From Eledone cirrhosa (Eukaryota), in assembly GCA_964016885.1 (NCBI GenBank), contig OZ024740.1:102052001-102116000 (forward strand): DNA of 64,000 nucleotides, in the 5' to 3' direction. Positions 52,200 through 64,000 of the stretch are shown in pieces. The position numbers and the translations under genes are program-made. Every line of letters begins with the position of its first letter. Position 1 is the first letter of the stretch. A model generated the notes under the pieces. The model saw only the letters and a list, made by a program, of their open reading frames with translations. It had not been told where the DNA came from and did not search any database.

Positions 52200-52960
52200 T
52201 ATTTAAAAACTGACATCTATACACAACACAGTCACATACCAGCGCAGTCTTCCCTCTTGCAGGCTACATCGTTTCTTTTTATATACAGGTTTTCTCTCAG
52301 CTCATTTGTGTTCCATCAATCATACACACTAACATTGCTCATCCAGCCAGCATATGATCGCTTCATTTCTTTCTGTCTGTTGCAAATCTCCTGCATTTAA
52401 GGCTCATATCTCAGTATATATATATATATATATATACTGTCCAAACAATGCAGGCATAAAACCGATGAAGGAGATATATATATATGAGGATTTTATATGT
52501 TATTCTATGCTTGCATAGAATGGACAGCTCTTCTACTGCAGCTTCCTTTCACTGGAAACTCTCAGCTCTTCTTCATTAAATGATCATCATTCACATGTCC
52601 ATACCAGTGAAATCAACTCACTTGCATACTACATATGATTCCTCTTATGCCCAATTTTTCTCTCAGCTCAACCGTGTTTTGTCATTCATGCACATTAACA
52701 TTACACATCCAACAGAGCATCCTCCGTTTGTCTCTCTCCAGGCTTCATATATCTTCTGCATTCAATACCCATTTCTTACTACCATGCAACATCATATTTT
52801 GCAATTTTGCATACAGGCATGATACAATTTGCCTTTCACTTGGAAAGAAAGTGTCTTTGTTGTTAACAGAGGCAGTAGTCTCTGAAATTTTCCCATTTTG
52901 TTCATATTCTATCAACTTTGGTTTTAAAGCAACCTCTTCCACTGCTATGTATCAGAAGCT
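52200..52960 (-). pseudogene. Old RTE RT C-terminal remnants
   Basis: MLHGSKKWVLNAEDI*SLERDKRRMLCWMCNVNVHE, homologous to the 793-aa ORF. Confidence 0.7.
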
Positions 52961-54108
52961 ATCAATTACTTCTATGATTGGAAAAGTTTATTTTAATGGT
53001 GCTCAAGATAACAGCTACTCCTGTGCAATACAACATTTAACTTCTTTGTTAGTTTGCTTGCTATCCCACATCGTCTCTTGTGTTCCCATGCTTTACATTG
53101 TATAAAGCCTCTACACAGGTCTTAATGCAGATCAAGCATAGCCATTTCTCAGATCACATCAAAGTCTTGTCTTCTTTCCTACTTACTAAAATTCTGGTCT
53201 TTGCTAAGTTTACTCTGAGACCCTTATATAAATATATAATCAAGGTTATCATCATGATAATATTTTGTCTGCTTTCCAGGCTGTAATGAAACCAGTGATA
53301 ATGTGGAGTTAGAGCAAACTGTTATTTTATACACTCAACTGCCACATAATGTGATGATTTTACTTTTCTTTCATTTGTATATATATAAATCATCAGCGCA
53401 TTGATTGGATTGATATTCTTAGAAAATATAGAAAATATCAAATGCAGAAAACTGTAAGCACAGTTGATTTCTTTAAATAATAGTTTAGAAAAGCAGGTAA
53501 AAATCCCCCTATAGACAGAGAAAAGTTTGAATCAACTGGGTTTACAATTTTTTCTGCATTTGAGATTGTATATACATATACATATAGTTGAAAGTTTATA
53601 TATAGTTCATGTCACAACTTCCTCAATAACAATGACGTATAATCTATTCTTCACTGAGAACCACTGTATTTATGTATGTATGTATGTATGCATTATGTAT
53701 GAATGTATGTATATGATATAGATGCAGAACTGGGTGATTAAAAAACTGGCTTTGCAATTGTGAGTTTCAAGATTGGAACTCAATTCACACTACTCTAGGC
53801 AAATGTCTTTGGTACAAAACATTGGAAATGCAATGGAGAAGACTAATTGGATGGTCTTAAGATTACATTACAAGTACAAATGTGGAATATTCAACCTGTT
53901 ACATTATATAATTCAAGGAGAAGATAGTGACATTTATCAAACAACTGGAACATTTCTTTGTCGAAATTACTGAGAGCCCATTATACACATATACATACAT
54001 GTGTGGGTGTGAGTGGGTGTATGAAGTATGCTTCCATGTGTGTGTATATTATGCGTTTGTGTATGCATAAGTTTATAAATATATATATATTATTTTGTTT
54101 ATGCATAC

Positions 54109-54173
<65 letters not shown>

Positions 54174-55069
54174 TATATAATTATAACAAACTGCAGTTGT
54201 GGGTGTATGAAGTGTGCTTGTAGGAGAGAATCTCTTTCTCTCTTTCTATATATATATATATATATATGTCGACAGTACATTATTCTCTGCAAGTACATAT
54301 TGAGCACTCTTACATTCATTTTTTACAAGTAAAAGCATTAAATCATGCACACCCACGCCCAGATGTATTAGTGCTATAAACGCCCATTACACCTACACAC
54401 ACACATACACACACTGCTATCACACCTTCAATATACACGCCTCCTTGCTGTTAAAGCAGCTCTACTCCACACTTCATGGCAGACCTCGTATTTCTTCATT
54501 CTTACAACACTTACTTAACATAATCATAGATTTTGACTAATTTGTTCTCATCTTAACATACTTCCAATCCAAGCTGTGGGCGTGAGTGGGTGTACATAAG
54601 TGTGTATGAGTGCATGTACATGTGTGAGTGTATGCTTATGTACTCATATGTGTGTTTATTGGCATAAAATGTATTATTAAACTTGGTTGTCTGCATATAT
54701 GCAATTTCCAGTATATGAATGCATTTAAGTTTGTGTCTTCCTCACCTACGTAATTCAGTCTCTATATGTATGTCTATCCTTAAATATATGTATAGCATCT
54801 TGGTGGAAATTGTGGATGGAATTGTTTGTGTTCATGCACACAATTCTTCAGTGAAATAACTACAACGACTGGCATACATGTAGTGTATATGCATAAAATA
54901 TAGGGTCCATATTTTCATCTTTCTTTATTAATATGGATATTTGAATGTGCATGTATGTATCTGAATGCTTTGAAGTATTGGCATCATTCATTCATCATCA
55001 TCATTTTACTTCTGTTTTCTATGCTTTCGTGGTTGAACATTTATATATGTGTGTGTATATTCATAATCT

Positions 55070-55110
<41 letters not shown>

Positions 55111-55530
55111 GGCTTCTGCAATTTCCATTACACCAAATTCCACTCACAAGGAATTGGTTAACTCAAGTCTCTAATAGAAAGCACTTTCCCAAGATGCCAC
55201 ACAGTGGGACTGAACCAAAAAACATGTGGTTGTAAAAATAACTCCCTAATCACACAGATATGAATGTGCCTATATTATCATCGTTTAACATATATTTTCC
55301 GTGTTTACATGATTTACACAGGTCATCATGGTCTGAGTTTAGACCACTCAGGTGGCAACATCTTGTTCATACCTTCCAGCTTTTGCTTAGTTCTGTGGCT
55401 GAATGTCCTTCCTAATGTCAATCACTTTACAGCATTTACTGAGAGCATTTTATCATGGTTCTAGCACTAAGAATTTAGAAGGTGGTATGCGTGCCTTTTA
55501 TTGTGGCACCAGCTCTGCCAATATATATAT

Positions 55531-55824
55531 ATCATCATCACCGTTTTATGTCCGTTCTTCCACGCTAGCATGGGTTAGACGGGTTGTCCTGTTGTGGCAG
55601 TGTCCGGTCAGCTGACCTTGTCTTGCTCATATGGGAACTGATTCTGGCTTGATTCTACAGCTATCTCATTTACAGTGAGTGCTGGGTGCTTTTTTCCTGT
55701 GGTGCCTACACGTCCACTTTACAGTGTGGGCTGGGTGCTTTTTTGCTGTGGTACCTCCATGATCACTTTGCAGTGGTGGGGGGAGGGGCATATTATCTAT
55801 ATGCTTCAGCATATAGATAATATG
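55531..55824 (-). mobile_element. RTE 3'UTR copy with a snap-back palindrome at its 5' junction
   Basis: Matches 22381-22693 with an internal deletion; 17-bp perfect inverted arms at 55789-55824. Confidence 0.85.
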
Positions 55825-56019
55825 TAAGTGGCTTTTAAGACTCAATAGCTTTTGAAATTTACATTACAAACAGTTCAAATATGTCTCACCTTAAATGGTA
55901 CAGTATTGTTTGTCTTGTCTGGTTTGTGGATATTTAAATGCTTTTTTAGCTGAGTGTGGGACTTACATGTCTGACTACAAATATGGCATATGAGTGAGTC
56001 TCCTGGAATGAAGTTTGTG

Positions 56020-56500
56020 TAATTTGGACCAACTGAATGAAGTTAAGCCAGCCTTAGAAAGGTAGTTTTACCACACATTGAGCAGCTAAAGGTTGAATAT
56101 ATTTCCGTATTGAGTAAAGTATTATTTTTCTGTTGTTCAGTTGTCCTTTTTGCATACTTTAGATTGACTTCTTCAAGATCTTTTACCCCAGACCAGGTCT
56201 TTTTTCACCATTTATTTCTGTCAAGAGCGATAGATTCATACATTTTTGTATGGTATATTCCCCTTCTTATGATGGGTTTGCACTGTTATCAACTCCCAGC
56301 AGATAGCTTACCATAAAATCCCCCTCTGTATAAAGTCGCCAATCTACCTTAGCTGACTGGAACCTGTATATAGTGAATTGAAGGGATTCCTGCTCTTTCT
56401 AAAAGCTCTTCATCTGGTAAAAACGGTTTCTAGCTAATCCTAAGAATTTGATAGAGGTACTTTTAGTAAAAGGGCTCTTAATGGTTGTAAACACTCCATG
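56020..56500 (-). pseudogene. Degenerate RTE (BovB-like) LINE C-terminus with terminal zinc-finger remnant
   Basis: LPDEELLERAGIPSI..., FYGKLSAGS, ESIALDRNKW, TFSCSMCGK..LSKAGLTS. Confidence 0.6.
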
Positions 56501-56705
56501 TTACCAAGGAATAGAAAAGGAAGGTTAGCACAGATACACAATAGATAAAAAAACAGATATATATTTATATATAAGACTCTTTTCCTACTATATCAAGCAT
56601 AAAACTAATAATATATTTGTTCATTGTACTGAGTCATTTGCTTTGTTATTTCTGTTTGTCTTATATATATATATGTACTATAATGATAATTGCAAAGAAA
56701 TTCAT

Positions 56706-57064
56706 AACTTGTTTTATTCAGAATCCGCCATAATATGTATTTCTGCGGAGTTAATGATTACACAATACATTCATTATGCCTGACTTCATAAGATAGCATC
56801 ATAAGTAATAAGGTTGTTTTTGTAACATTTCCATTCCAATAAGGGCTAAAGGTAAGGGGTAGGCTGATATGTGTTTGTTCTTTCGCAGTCTATCAGCCTG
56901 TCCCATTATCTATAGCTCATATTGGAATGGAAATGTTACATAACAACCTTATTACTTAAGATACTGTCTTATGAAATTGTGTTAGCGATTCCATGATGAC
57001 TGCATTGTGTAATCATGAATGCCACAGAAATATGTATTATAGCAGATTCTGAATAAAATGAGTT
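56706..57064. mobile_element. Diverged fold-back MITE-like element (~360 bp)
   Basis: Imperfect inverted arms throughout, e.g. TGTAACATTTCCATTCCAATA / TATTGGAATGGAAATGTTACA and TTTTATTCAGAATC / GATTCTGAATAAAA. Confidence 0.8.
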
Positions 57065-57515
57065 GTCAACTTTTACATCATGGACTACCAAATCACTTTT
57101 GGAAGGATACATATGTCATTGAATACTTGAATCTAACAGCATCATTGTTAATTAATTGGAAAGTTGCATACACAACCTGGTTGGTCAACATCTTATAAAA
57201 AAGTGCATACATATGAGTGTGTGTGTGTTTATATCATATATATATATATTTATATATATTTATATATGCGCTCACATATATATATATAGGTGTATATATA
57301 TAGGTATATATTTATCAAATTATATATGTGGTCATGTGTAATTTATTCTCTATACTTTGTTAAATGATGAATTTAGTATTATGAAATAAACAAAGAACCA
57401 AAAATGATAAACATTGTTGAAAGTGTTGTTACCATTGTCATCATCAATACCATCATACCATCACCACCATCATATTATTATCATTTCAAAGTGTTGTTGT
57501 TGTTATCGACACCAC

Positions 57516-57557
<42 letters not shown>

Positions 57558-58029
57558 TATTATTGTCATTATTATTAGGAAACCTTGGTTATTGTTATCA
57601 TTTTCAGTATTCATTGTTATTATCTATATTATTGTAGATATAATACTTCTTTGTCTGATAATATAAATAGCCATAATTACACAATTCTATGTGTTACAAG
57701 TTAGCATTCTAATTGTAGCTCTTGTAGTTGTTATTGTTCTACAAAATATACTTACTGTTATTATTATTATATTTCATTATTTCTAACATTTGAATGTGTA
57801 TTTTATGTATTTGTGTATGTGTGTATATATATATATATGTATATATTATATATGTGTGTGTGATGAAAATATCATGAGATTCAATTCCATTTATGCATGT
57901 ATCAACAGAGAAAATATTAATTATATTAAAAGTGTATTGGCAATTTTTTTATCCACACACACACAAACACACAGACATAAACACACATACACACACATAC
58001 ATACATATACACACACTCAAACACACATA

Positions 58030-59900
58030 CTAGCTGAGGAACCTGGTGATACCAGGTATTGTATGAAATTAACAATTCAGCATATATTACAAACTATGTG
58101 ACTAATACTTTAGAGTATCTTTGTATTATCAATGAAATAGGAATTACTGTGGAATGTTGTGTTTACTTTCTCACTCTAAAGCTCAAGGATAAACAATATT
58201 CTTTGGATTTTTGCCCTGTAGTACAATAAAGAGACAATGAAGGTCCCCAATTCTTGAAGTAGCAGTATTTAGCTGACTGTGGGGAAAAGACAAGATCTGT
58301 TAGATCCATTCCAATTACTTTCAATGCTTGCCTTTGAGCTTTAATAATGATCATGGTGAAGTTGACTCTGACAGGAAATTAAAGCCTTTAACATTCAAAT
58401 GCCAAACCAGTTGACTTCAGCAATATTCTGGGAATGAAACAACTGGCAGCAGTAAATTTTGCTGACATAACTGTGACATCAGAATTTGGCTTGTGAATTC
58501 TTGTGCCCTTGCAAAGGTTTGGAGCATCAAGTTCACCAATTAGAAAGATTGCTATTCCAAGCCTCAGCTTCAGGTTGTAAGGGAAGTTTTCTGTAAGTTC
58601 AAATCGGTTCAGAAATTTGCTTAGATAATTTACAACTTTGTCAATTAAAGTTACAGTGTCTATTGATTTATAGCAAGTTTTCTCTTTTAGTAACATGTCC
58701 GGTAGCTTTCTGCGATTTCTCTTGTAGCAACCTATTTGAGAGCTAAGATTGCATGTTTGGGATCATGTTGTCTGATGAAAATGTTTGGAAAGACTCTGGC
58801 CCTCAATTCATTTTCTGTTTCAATGTTATGGCTAAATTACAATTGAATTTGGTTACTTGGGTCCTTTTCAAGAAGTTTGTTTTTCCACTTTCAGTATCTA
58901 GATAATGAACTCGCCAACAGTATCATCACCAGTCAAGTCTATTCACATGTTAGTGATAAGCCACAGATAAGATGTTTTCAGACAGGCATTGATTTGATCA
59001 GCTTGGATTCCTTAAAGAGTTACAGGCAGAGTTTGTTGAAATTAACAGCAAGAGCCATGATCACCTTTTCCACTGTTTGTGTTGCCTCTCAGATTCTCTA
59101 TTGTCTTGACAGCTCCAGCTGTTTGTTTGTGATTCAAGTAGCTTCATTGCAAAAAAACAATTTGCATGTTTGTAGAAGCTTGCCTTTGAATGAGTACTTA
59201 TTAGTACTGTACAGAGGTTTTTCATATCATGCGAGGTTTAGGGACAGCTATGCTATATTCTGCATTTGGCAACCATTTACAAGCAAGGGGCTTGTGAAAA
59301 AATGTTTTGGCTGTTCCACAAAGTACAACTATGAAGATGAGTTATTCTTTATCATTAATGCTTTATCATTAATGCTTTATCATTAATGCTTTTAATGGTG
59401 TTATAAGTAAGCTTTTGGTTATTTACTCATCAAACTGATCTAAGACTTATATATCATAGTCTATCTCTCAAAAGATTTCTTGTGCTACCTCCATTTCTTC
59501 ATCTGCCTCTGACATCCCACTCTATAGTAATGTATTATTTAATTCCTGAATTTGACAGGATAAGTAAGTTGCTTGATTTTAGATCATGGGACAAATTTTC
59601 TTGTGCAAATTGTTATTCTGTATTCTAGCTTGGTTAAAGTAGTCTTCTGAAAAATTGTTTATGTACTCATGCCAGATTAGATGAAGGTTGTCAATTCTAC
59701 ATGCTATAAACAACTGTCTTTCTGATTTGCCACTCAAATATCTGCTACTTCTAAATCTTAATCCAGGGTGAAGTTAGATTGATGACCCCTATATGAACCA
59801 TGGATGAATTAAGTCTTAATAGTTTCAAACTATTCTGGATTGTAATCCTTATTGAGCAACTCATCTGGCATGATTTTGTCAGCAACACCTGGTCTAATCT
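58030..59900 (-). mobile_element. Decayed Helitron (Rep-PIF1 helicase remnant) with an intact 3' terminus
   Basis: PIF1 motifs GTAKTF, QTLPV, ADQINACLKTSYLW, YKSIDTV, LCKGTR, FIPRI, FPVRVNFTMIIIKAQRQ; Rep-like FIHG near 59800; 3' end ACCTGGT-ATC-ACCAGGT hairpin (58041-58057) then CTAG|T at 58030-58033; upstream boundary approximate. Confidence 0.85.
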
Positions 59901-60212
59901 TATTTCATTAGATCATTGTGTGTGAGTGATGATTAACTATGATAGCACCAGCACCAACCCTACCACACCTGCACCACCAGCACCACCACTACTGCCAACA
60001 ACGCCACATATACTGCTACCACTGACACAGAAAAAAACATATATAGTGTTGTAACAAGATTAACATACAGGAAGGTGAATTCAGTTACCTGGAGAGATTA
60101 AACCCTTGTTCTTATACCAACAAAGAGAATATTAGAAAAGCTCCTTGGGAACTCTGCCACAACAAATAAGAAGACTGGATCAACTAACATTCTTTTTTTT
60201 TTTTAAACAGAC

Positions 60213-60370
60213 ATGGCTGCAATTAGAACGGGATGTATAAATGTGTGTGGTCTAGGACTGACTTGGAAGCAATGTTGCTTGCTCAGTTATCTCAGACCAC
60301 TAAACATAGGTGTTGTGGTTATCAGTGAGACAAGAATTTTAAGAATGTATACATTTGTGCCCATTTTTTT
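60213..60370 (+). pseudogene. L1/Tx1-like APE endonuclease N-terminal fragment
   Basis: MAAIRTGCINVCGL...LLSYLRPLNIGVVVISETRI (cf. NVRGL...DVxxxQET). Confidence 0.55.
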
Positions 60371-60489
60371 ACAACTAAAAGGTGTAGTCAACGTATGGGC
60401 TATTAAGATTGTGTGGTGATGCAGAAGTGCCATTCCAAAAAGACATGGATGACAAGATATGGACAATGTTCTTACACACAGGCATCACA

Positions 60490-60712
60490 GCATCTATCTC
60501 TGATGGTCCAGCTCCTTTGTTTGTATTCATATCCGTAATTGCTTTACTTACTATACTGCTACTAACTTGGGTGGCTGGCCCGTCTGTTCGGTCTACTTGG
60601 CAATTTCAAGCTACTTTCTGCTCTCCACATTGGTGAGAGAAAGTGTACCACTACTATTCCAGACACATTTCTATCCAATAACATCTTTATTTTTCCTGAC
60701 ACACTGCATTTT
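60490..60712 (-). pseudogene. Degenerate RTE RT N-terminal fragment
   Basis: Homologous to ~11620-11880 (QCVRKIKML.., KVA, GPA..V.SSIVSKAITDMNTNKGAGPSE). Confidence 0.7.
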
Positions 60713-60715
60713 GTC

Positions 60716-62565
60716 ATGACACCAGCACTAGTTTACAGTGTGGGCTGGGTGCATTTTACTATGGTACTAACACTACCACTTTACAGTGTGGGCTGGGTGC
60801 ATTTTATCATGGCACCAACACTACCACTTTATAGTGTGGGTTGGATATATTTTATCATACCAACACCACCACTTTATAGTGTGGGCTGGCTATATTTTAT
60901 CATGGCACCAACACTACCACTTTATAGTGTGGGTTGGATATATTTTATCATGGCACCAACACTACCACTTTATAATGTGGGTTGGATATATTTTATCATG
61001 GCACCAACACTACCACTTTATAGTGTGGGTTGGATATATTTTATCATGGCACCAACACTACCACTTTATAATGTGGGTTGGATATATTTTATCATGGCAC
61101 CAACACTGCCACTTTATAGTGTGGGTTGGATATATTTTATCATGGCACCAACACTACCTCTTTATAGTGTGGGTTGGATATATTTTATCATGGCACCAAC
61201 ACTACCACTTTATAGTGTGGGCTGGCTATATTTTATCATGGCACCAACACTGCCACTTTATAGTGTGGGCTGGCTATATTTTATCATGGCACCAACACTG
61301 CCAATTTATAGTGTGGGCTGGCTATATTTTATCATGGCACCAACCCTACCACTTTATAGTATGGGTTGGATATATTTTATCATGGCACCAACACTACCAC
61401 TTTATAGTGTGGGTTGGATATATTTTATCATGGCACCAACACTGCCACTTTATAGTGTGGGCTGGCTATATTTTATCATGGCACCAACACTGCCACTTTA
61501 TAGTGTGGGCTGGCTATATTTTATCATGGCACCAACCCTACCACTTTATAGTATGGGTTGGATATATTTTATCATGGCACCAACACTGCCACTTTATAGT
61601 GTGGGCTGGCTATATTTTATCATGGCACCAACACTGCCACTTTATAGTGTGGGCTGGCTATATTTTATCATGGCACCAACACTACCACTTTATAGTGTGG
61701 GCTGGCTATATTTTATCATGGCACCAACACTGCCACTTTATAGTGTGGGCTGGCTATATTTTATCATGGCACCAACACTACCTCTTTATAGTGTGGGTTG
61801 GATATATTTTATCATGGCACCAACACTACCTCTTTATAGTGTGGGTTGGATATATTTTATCTTGGCACCAACACTACCACTGTATAGTGTGGGCTGGCTA
61901 TATTTTATCATGGCACCAACACTACCACTTTATAATGTGGGCTGGCTATATTTTATCATGGCACCAACACTACCACTTTATAATGTGGGTTGGATATATT
62001 TTATCTTGGCACCAACACTACCTCTTTATAGTGTGGGCTGGCTATATTTTATCATGGCACCAACCCTACCACTTTATAGTATGGGTTGGATATATTTTAT
62101 CATGGCACCAACACTGCCACTTTATAGTGTGCGCTGGCTATATTTTATCATGGCACCAACACTGCCACTTTATAGTGTGGGCTGGCTATATTTTATCATG
62201 GCACCAACACTACCACTTTATAGTGTGGGCTGGCTATATTTTATCATGGCACCAACACTGCCACTTTATAGTGTGGGCTGGCTATATTTTATCATGGCAC
62301 CAACACTACCTCTTTATAGTGTGGGTTGGATATATTTTATCATGGCACCAACGCTACCTCTTTATAGTGTGGGTTGGATATATTTTATCTTGGCACCAAC
62401 ACTACCTCTTTATAGTGTGGGCTGGCTATATTTTATCATGGCACCAACACTACCACTTTATAATGTGGGTTGGATATATTTTATCTTGGCACCAACACTA
62501 CCTCTTTATAGTGTGGGCTGGCTATATTTTATCATGGCACCAACGCTACCACTTTATAATGCTGG
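60716..62565. repeat. 48-bp minisatellite, ~38 copies (TTTTATCATGGCACCAACACTACCACTTTATAGTGTGGGCTGGCTATA)
   Basis: Read directly; the unit length is divisible by 3, which explains the two long repetitive ORFs. Confidence 0.98.
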
Positions 62566-63099
62566 CTACATAATAACAGAAACCCTACAAAACACACACT
62601 CCCTTTATATCTATTTCTCTCACATTCTTTCCTTCCATCTTTATCTCTCTCCATTTATATTTCATTTCTCTATATAATCCTACTGCTGTTTCTTCTTCTT
62701 CTGCCTGTCTCCTCCTACTCTCCTTCCTCCTCCCCATTCTATCTTTTCATTCAATAACTCCTTCCTTCCTCATTATTCAGTCTTTGGTTGTGTCTCTTTG
62801 TTTTGGTTTGCTTTTCTTCTCTCTCTCTCTTCTTTACCTTTACCTTTATAGAAAGCTCATCCTTTCATTCCCTTACAACTCTGCTCACCATTCCTCTTTT
62901 TCTTTCATTTTGCTACTTCTTTCTCTCTTTCTCACATTTAATCCTTCATTTCATTCTTTAAATTTTGTTTCAGTTGTTCCTTTTTATTTTTTTATTTTAG
63001 TTAATTTGCCAAAACTTTTCTCCCCCTCACCCCAACCAAATAATATAAATTTCAAAAGAAGGATTTAACAGAAAAAGACATGAAGGAAATAATAATAAT

Positions 63100-63478
63100 G
63101 ATTTGTAATTTAAGTACAAGGTCAACAATTTGGGGGGAGGAGAAAGTCAATTAAATCGACCCCAGTATTTGACTGGTAATTTCCTTCATCAACTTCCTTA
63201 AGGATGAAAGGCAAAGCTAACCCTAGCGGTATTTAAACTCAATACCAATGCTCTACCAATACTGCTAATCCACCATCCTTTATGTATAATAATTGTTTCT
63301 ACTTTTTGGCACAAGACCAACAATTATCCCAGTGTATTACTGGTACTTTATTTTATCGACCCAGTAAGGATGAAAGGCAAAGTTAACCTTGGCAGGATTT
63401 GAACTCAGAATGGCAAGGGCCGTAACTCTATGCATCAAAGCGTGGTGTCTGACCCGATACTGCCAATCCACCGCCCTT
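63100..63478 (-). mobile_element. Two head-to-tail Meta/MESC-like SINEs
   Basis: Reverse complement of the SINE consensus at ~63100-63275 and 63290-63475. Confidence 0.85.
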
Positions 63479-63496
63479 TATGTATAATAATGATAA

Positions 63497-64000
63497 CAAA
63501 GATGATAACAGATGACAATCTAACTATCAAAGGAATGGAGAAATTATCCAAATAATCTGGAGATAGAAAAATATCTGAATGTGGATAATGATAATAGAAA
63601 CAATACCTATTATAACAGGATCTCAGTGAATGATAAAAAGATACACATGCAGATCATCATCATCATCATCATCATTTAACGTCCATCTTCCATGCTAGCA
63701 TGAGTTAGACGGGAGCATGGGTTAGACGGCAGATACATAACCAAAATTCCAGGACTTACAGCATACAGAAACTATTACTACACATATATTGTGAAGAATA
63801 CTCTCAAAATAATAGAAACAACAACACTACACAAACCCAAGGAACACAGAGCTGTGCTCGGTAATCCAGTGACAACATGCAATAACAATAAGACTAATAA
63901 TGGTTTCTGATTTAGGCACAAGGCAAACAATTTTTGGGGAAGGGAATGTTGATTAAATCGACCCGAGTTCATTACTGGTGCTTTATTTTATTGACTCCGT
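63497..64000 (-). repeat. Arm of a long inverted duplication (partner 47591-48094), running off the window end
   Basis: Reverse complement of 47591-48094. Confidence 0.95.

Noticed and set aside
56313-56364. Minus-strand exon-like segment (FQSAKVDWRLYTEGDFM) with AG/GT ends
   Set aside because: It lies inside the degenerate BovB-like RTE remnant.
60716-62677. 653-aa and 595-aa repetitive ORFs as real proteins
   Set aside because: They follow from a 48-bp unit lacking stops in two frames. The unit resembles non-coding LINE 3'UTR, and both overlapping frames are open.

Overview
AT-rich, microsatellite-dense animal DNA, almost entirely transposon-derived. The repeat families resemble those of octopod cephalopods (inference from recognition, not a database search). 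No host protein-coding gene could be supported, and most listed ORFs are microsatellite or antisense artefacts. Recognisable content: a 5'-truncated RTE-clade LINE with a 793-aa RT ORF carrying an internal PHD-like finger, plus many RTE fragments and tails; two Penelope-like (GIY-YIG) remnants; CRE-like, Hero/NeSL-like, CR1-like and L1/Tx1-like LINE remnants; a decayed Helitron with an intact 3' hairpin+CTAG end; piggyBac-type MITEs; three tRNA-SINE families; and several minisatellites. The most interesting signal is a graded series of fold-back (inverted-arm) insertions carrying hammerhead ribozyme folds (37165-38861, 17604-17861, probably 50424-51418). The first two sit in or next to (TA)n tracts and share an atypical covarying hammerhead variant. 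Also notable: a 1.85-kb minisatellite apparently born from a LINE 3'UTR, and a near-perfect inverted duplication with arms 15.4 kb apart.
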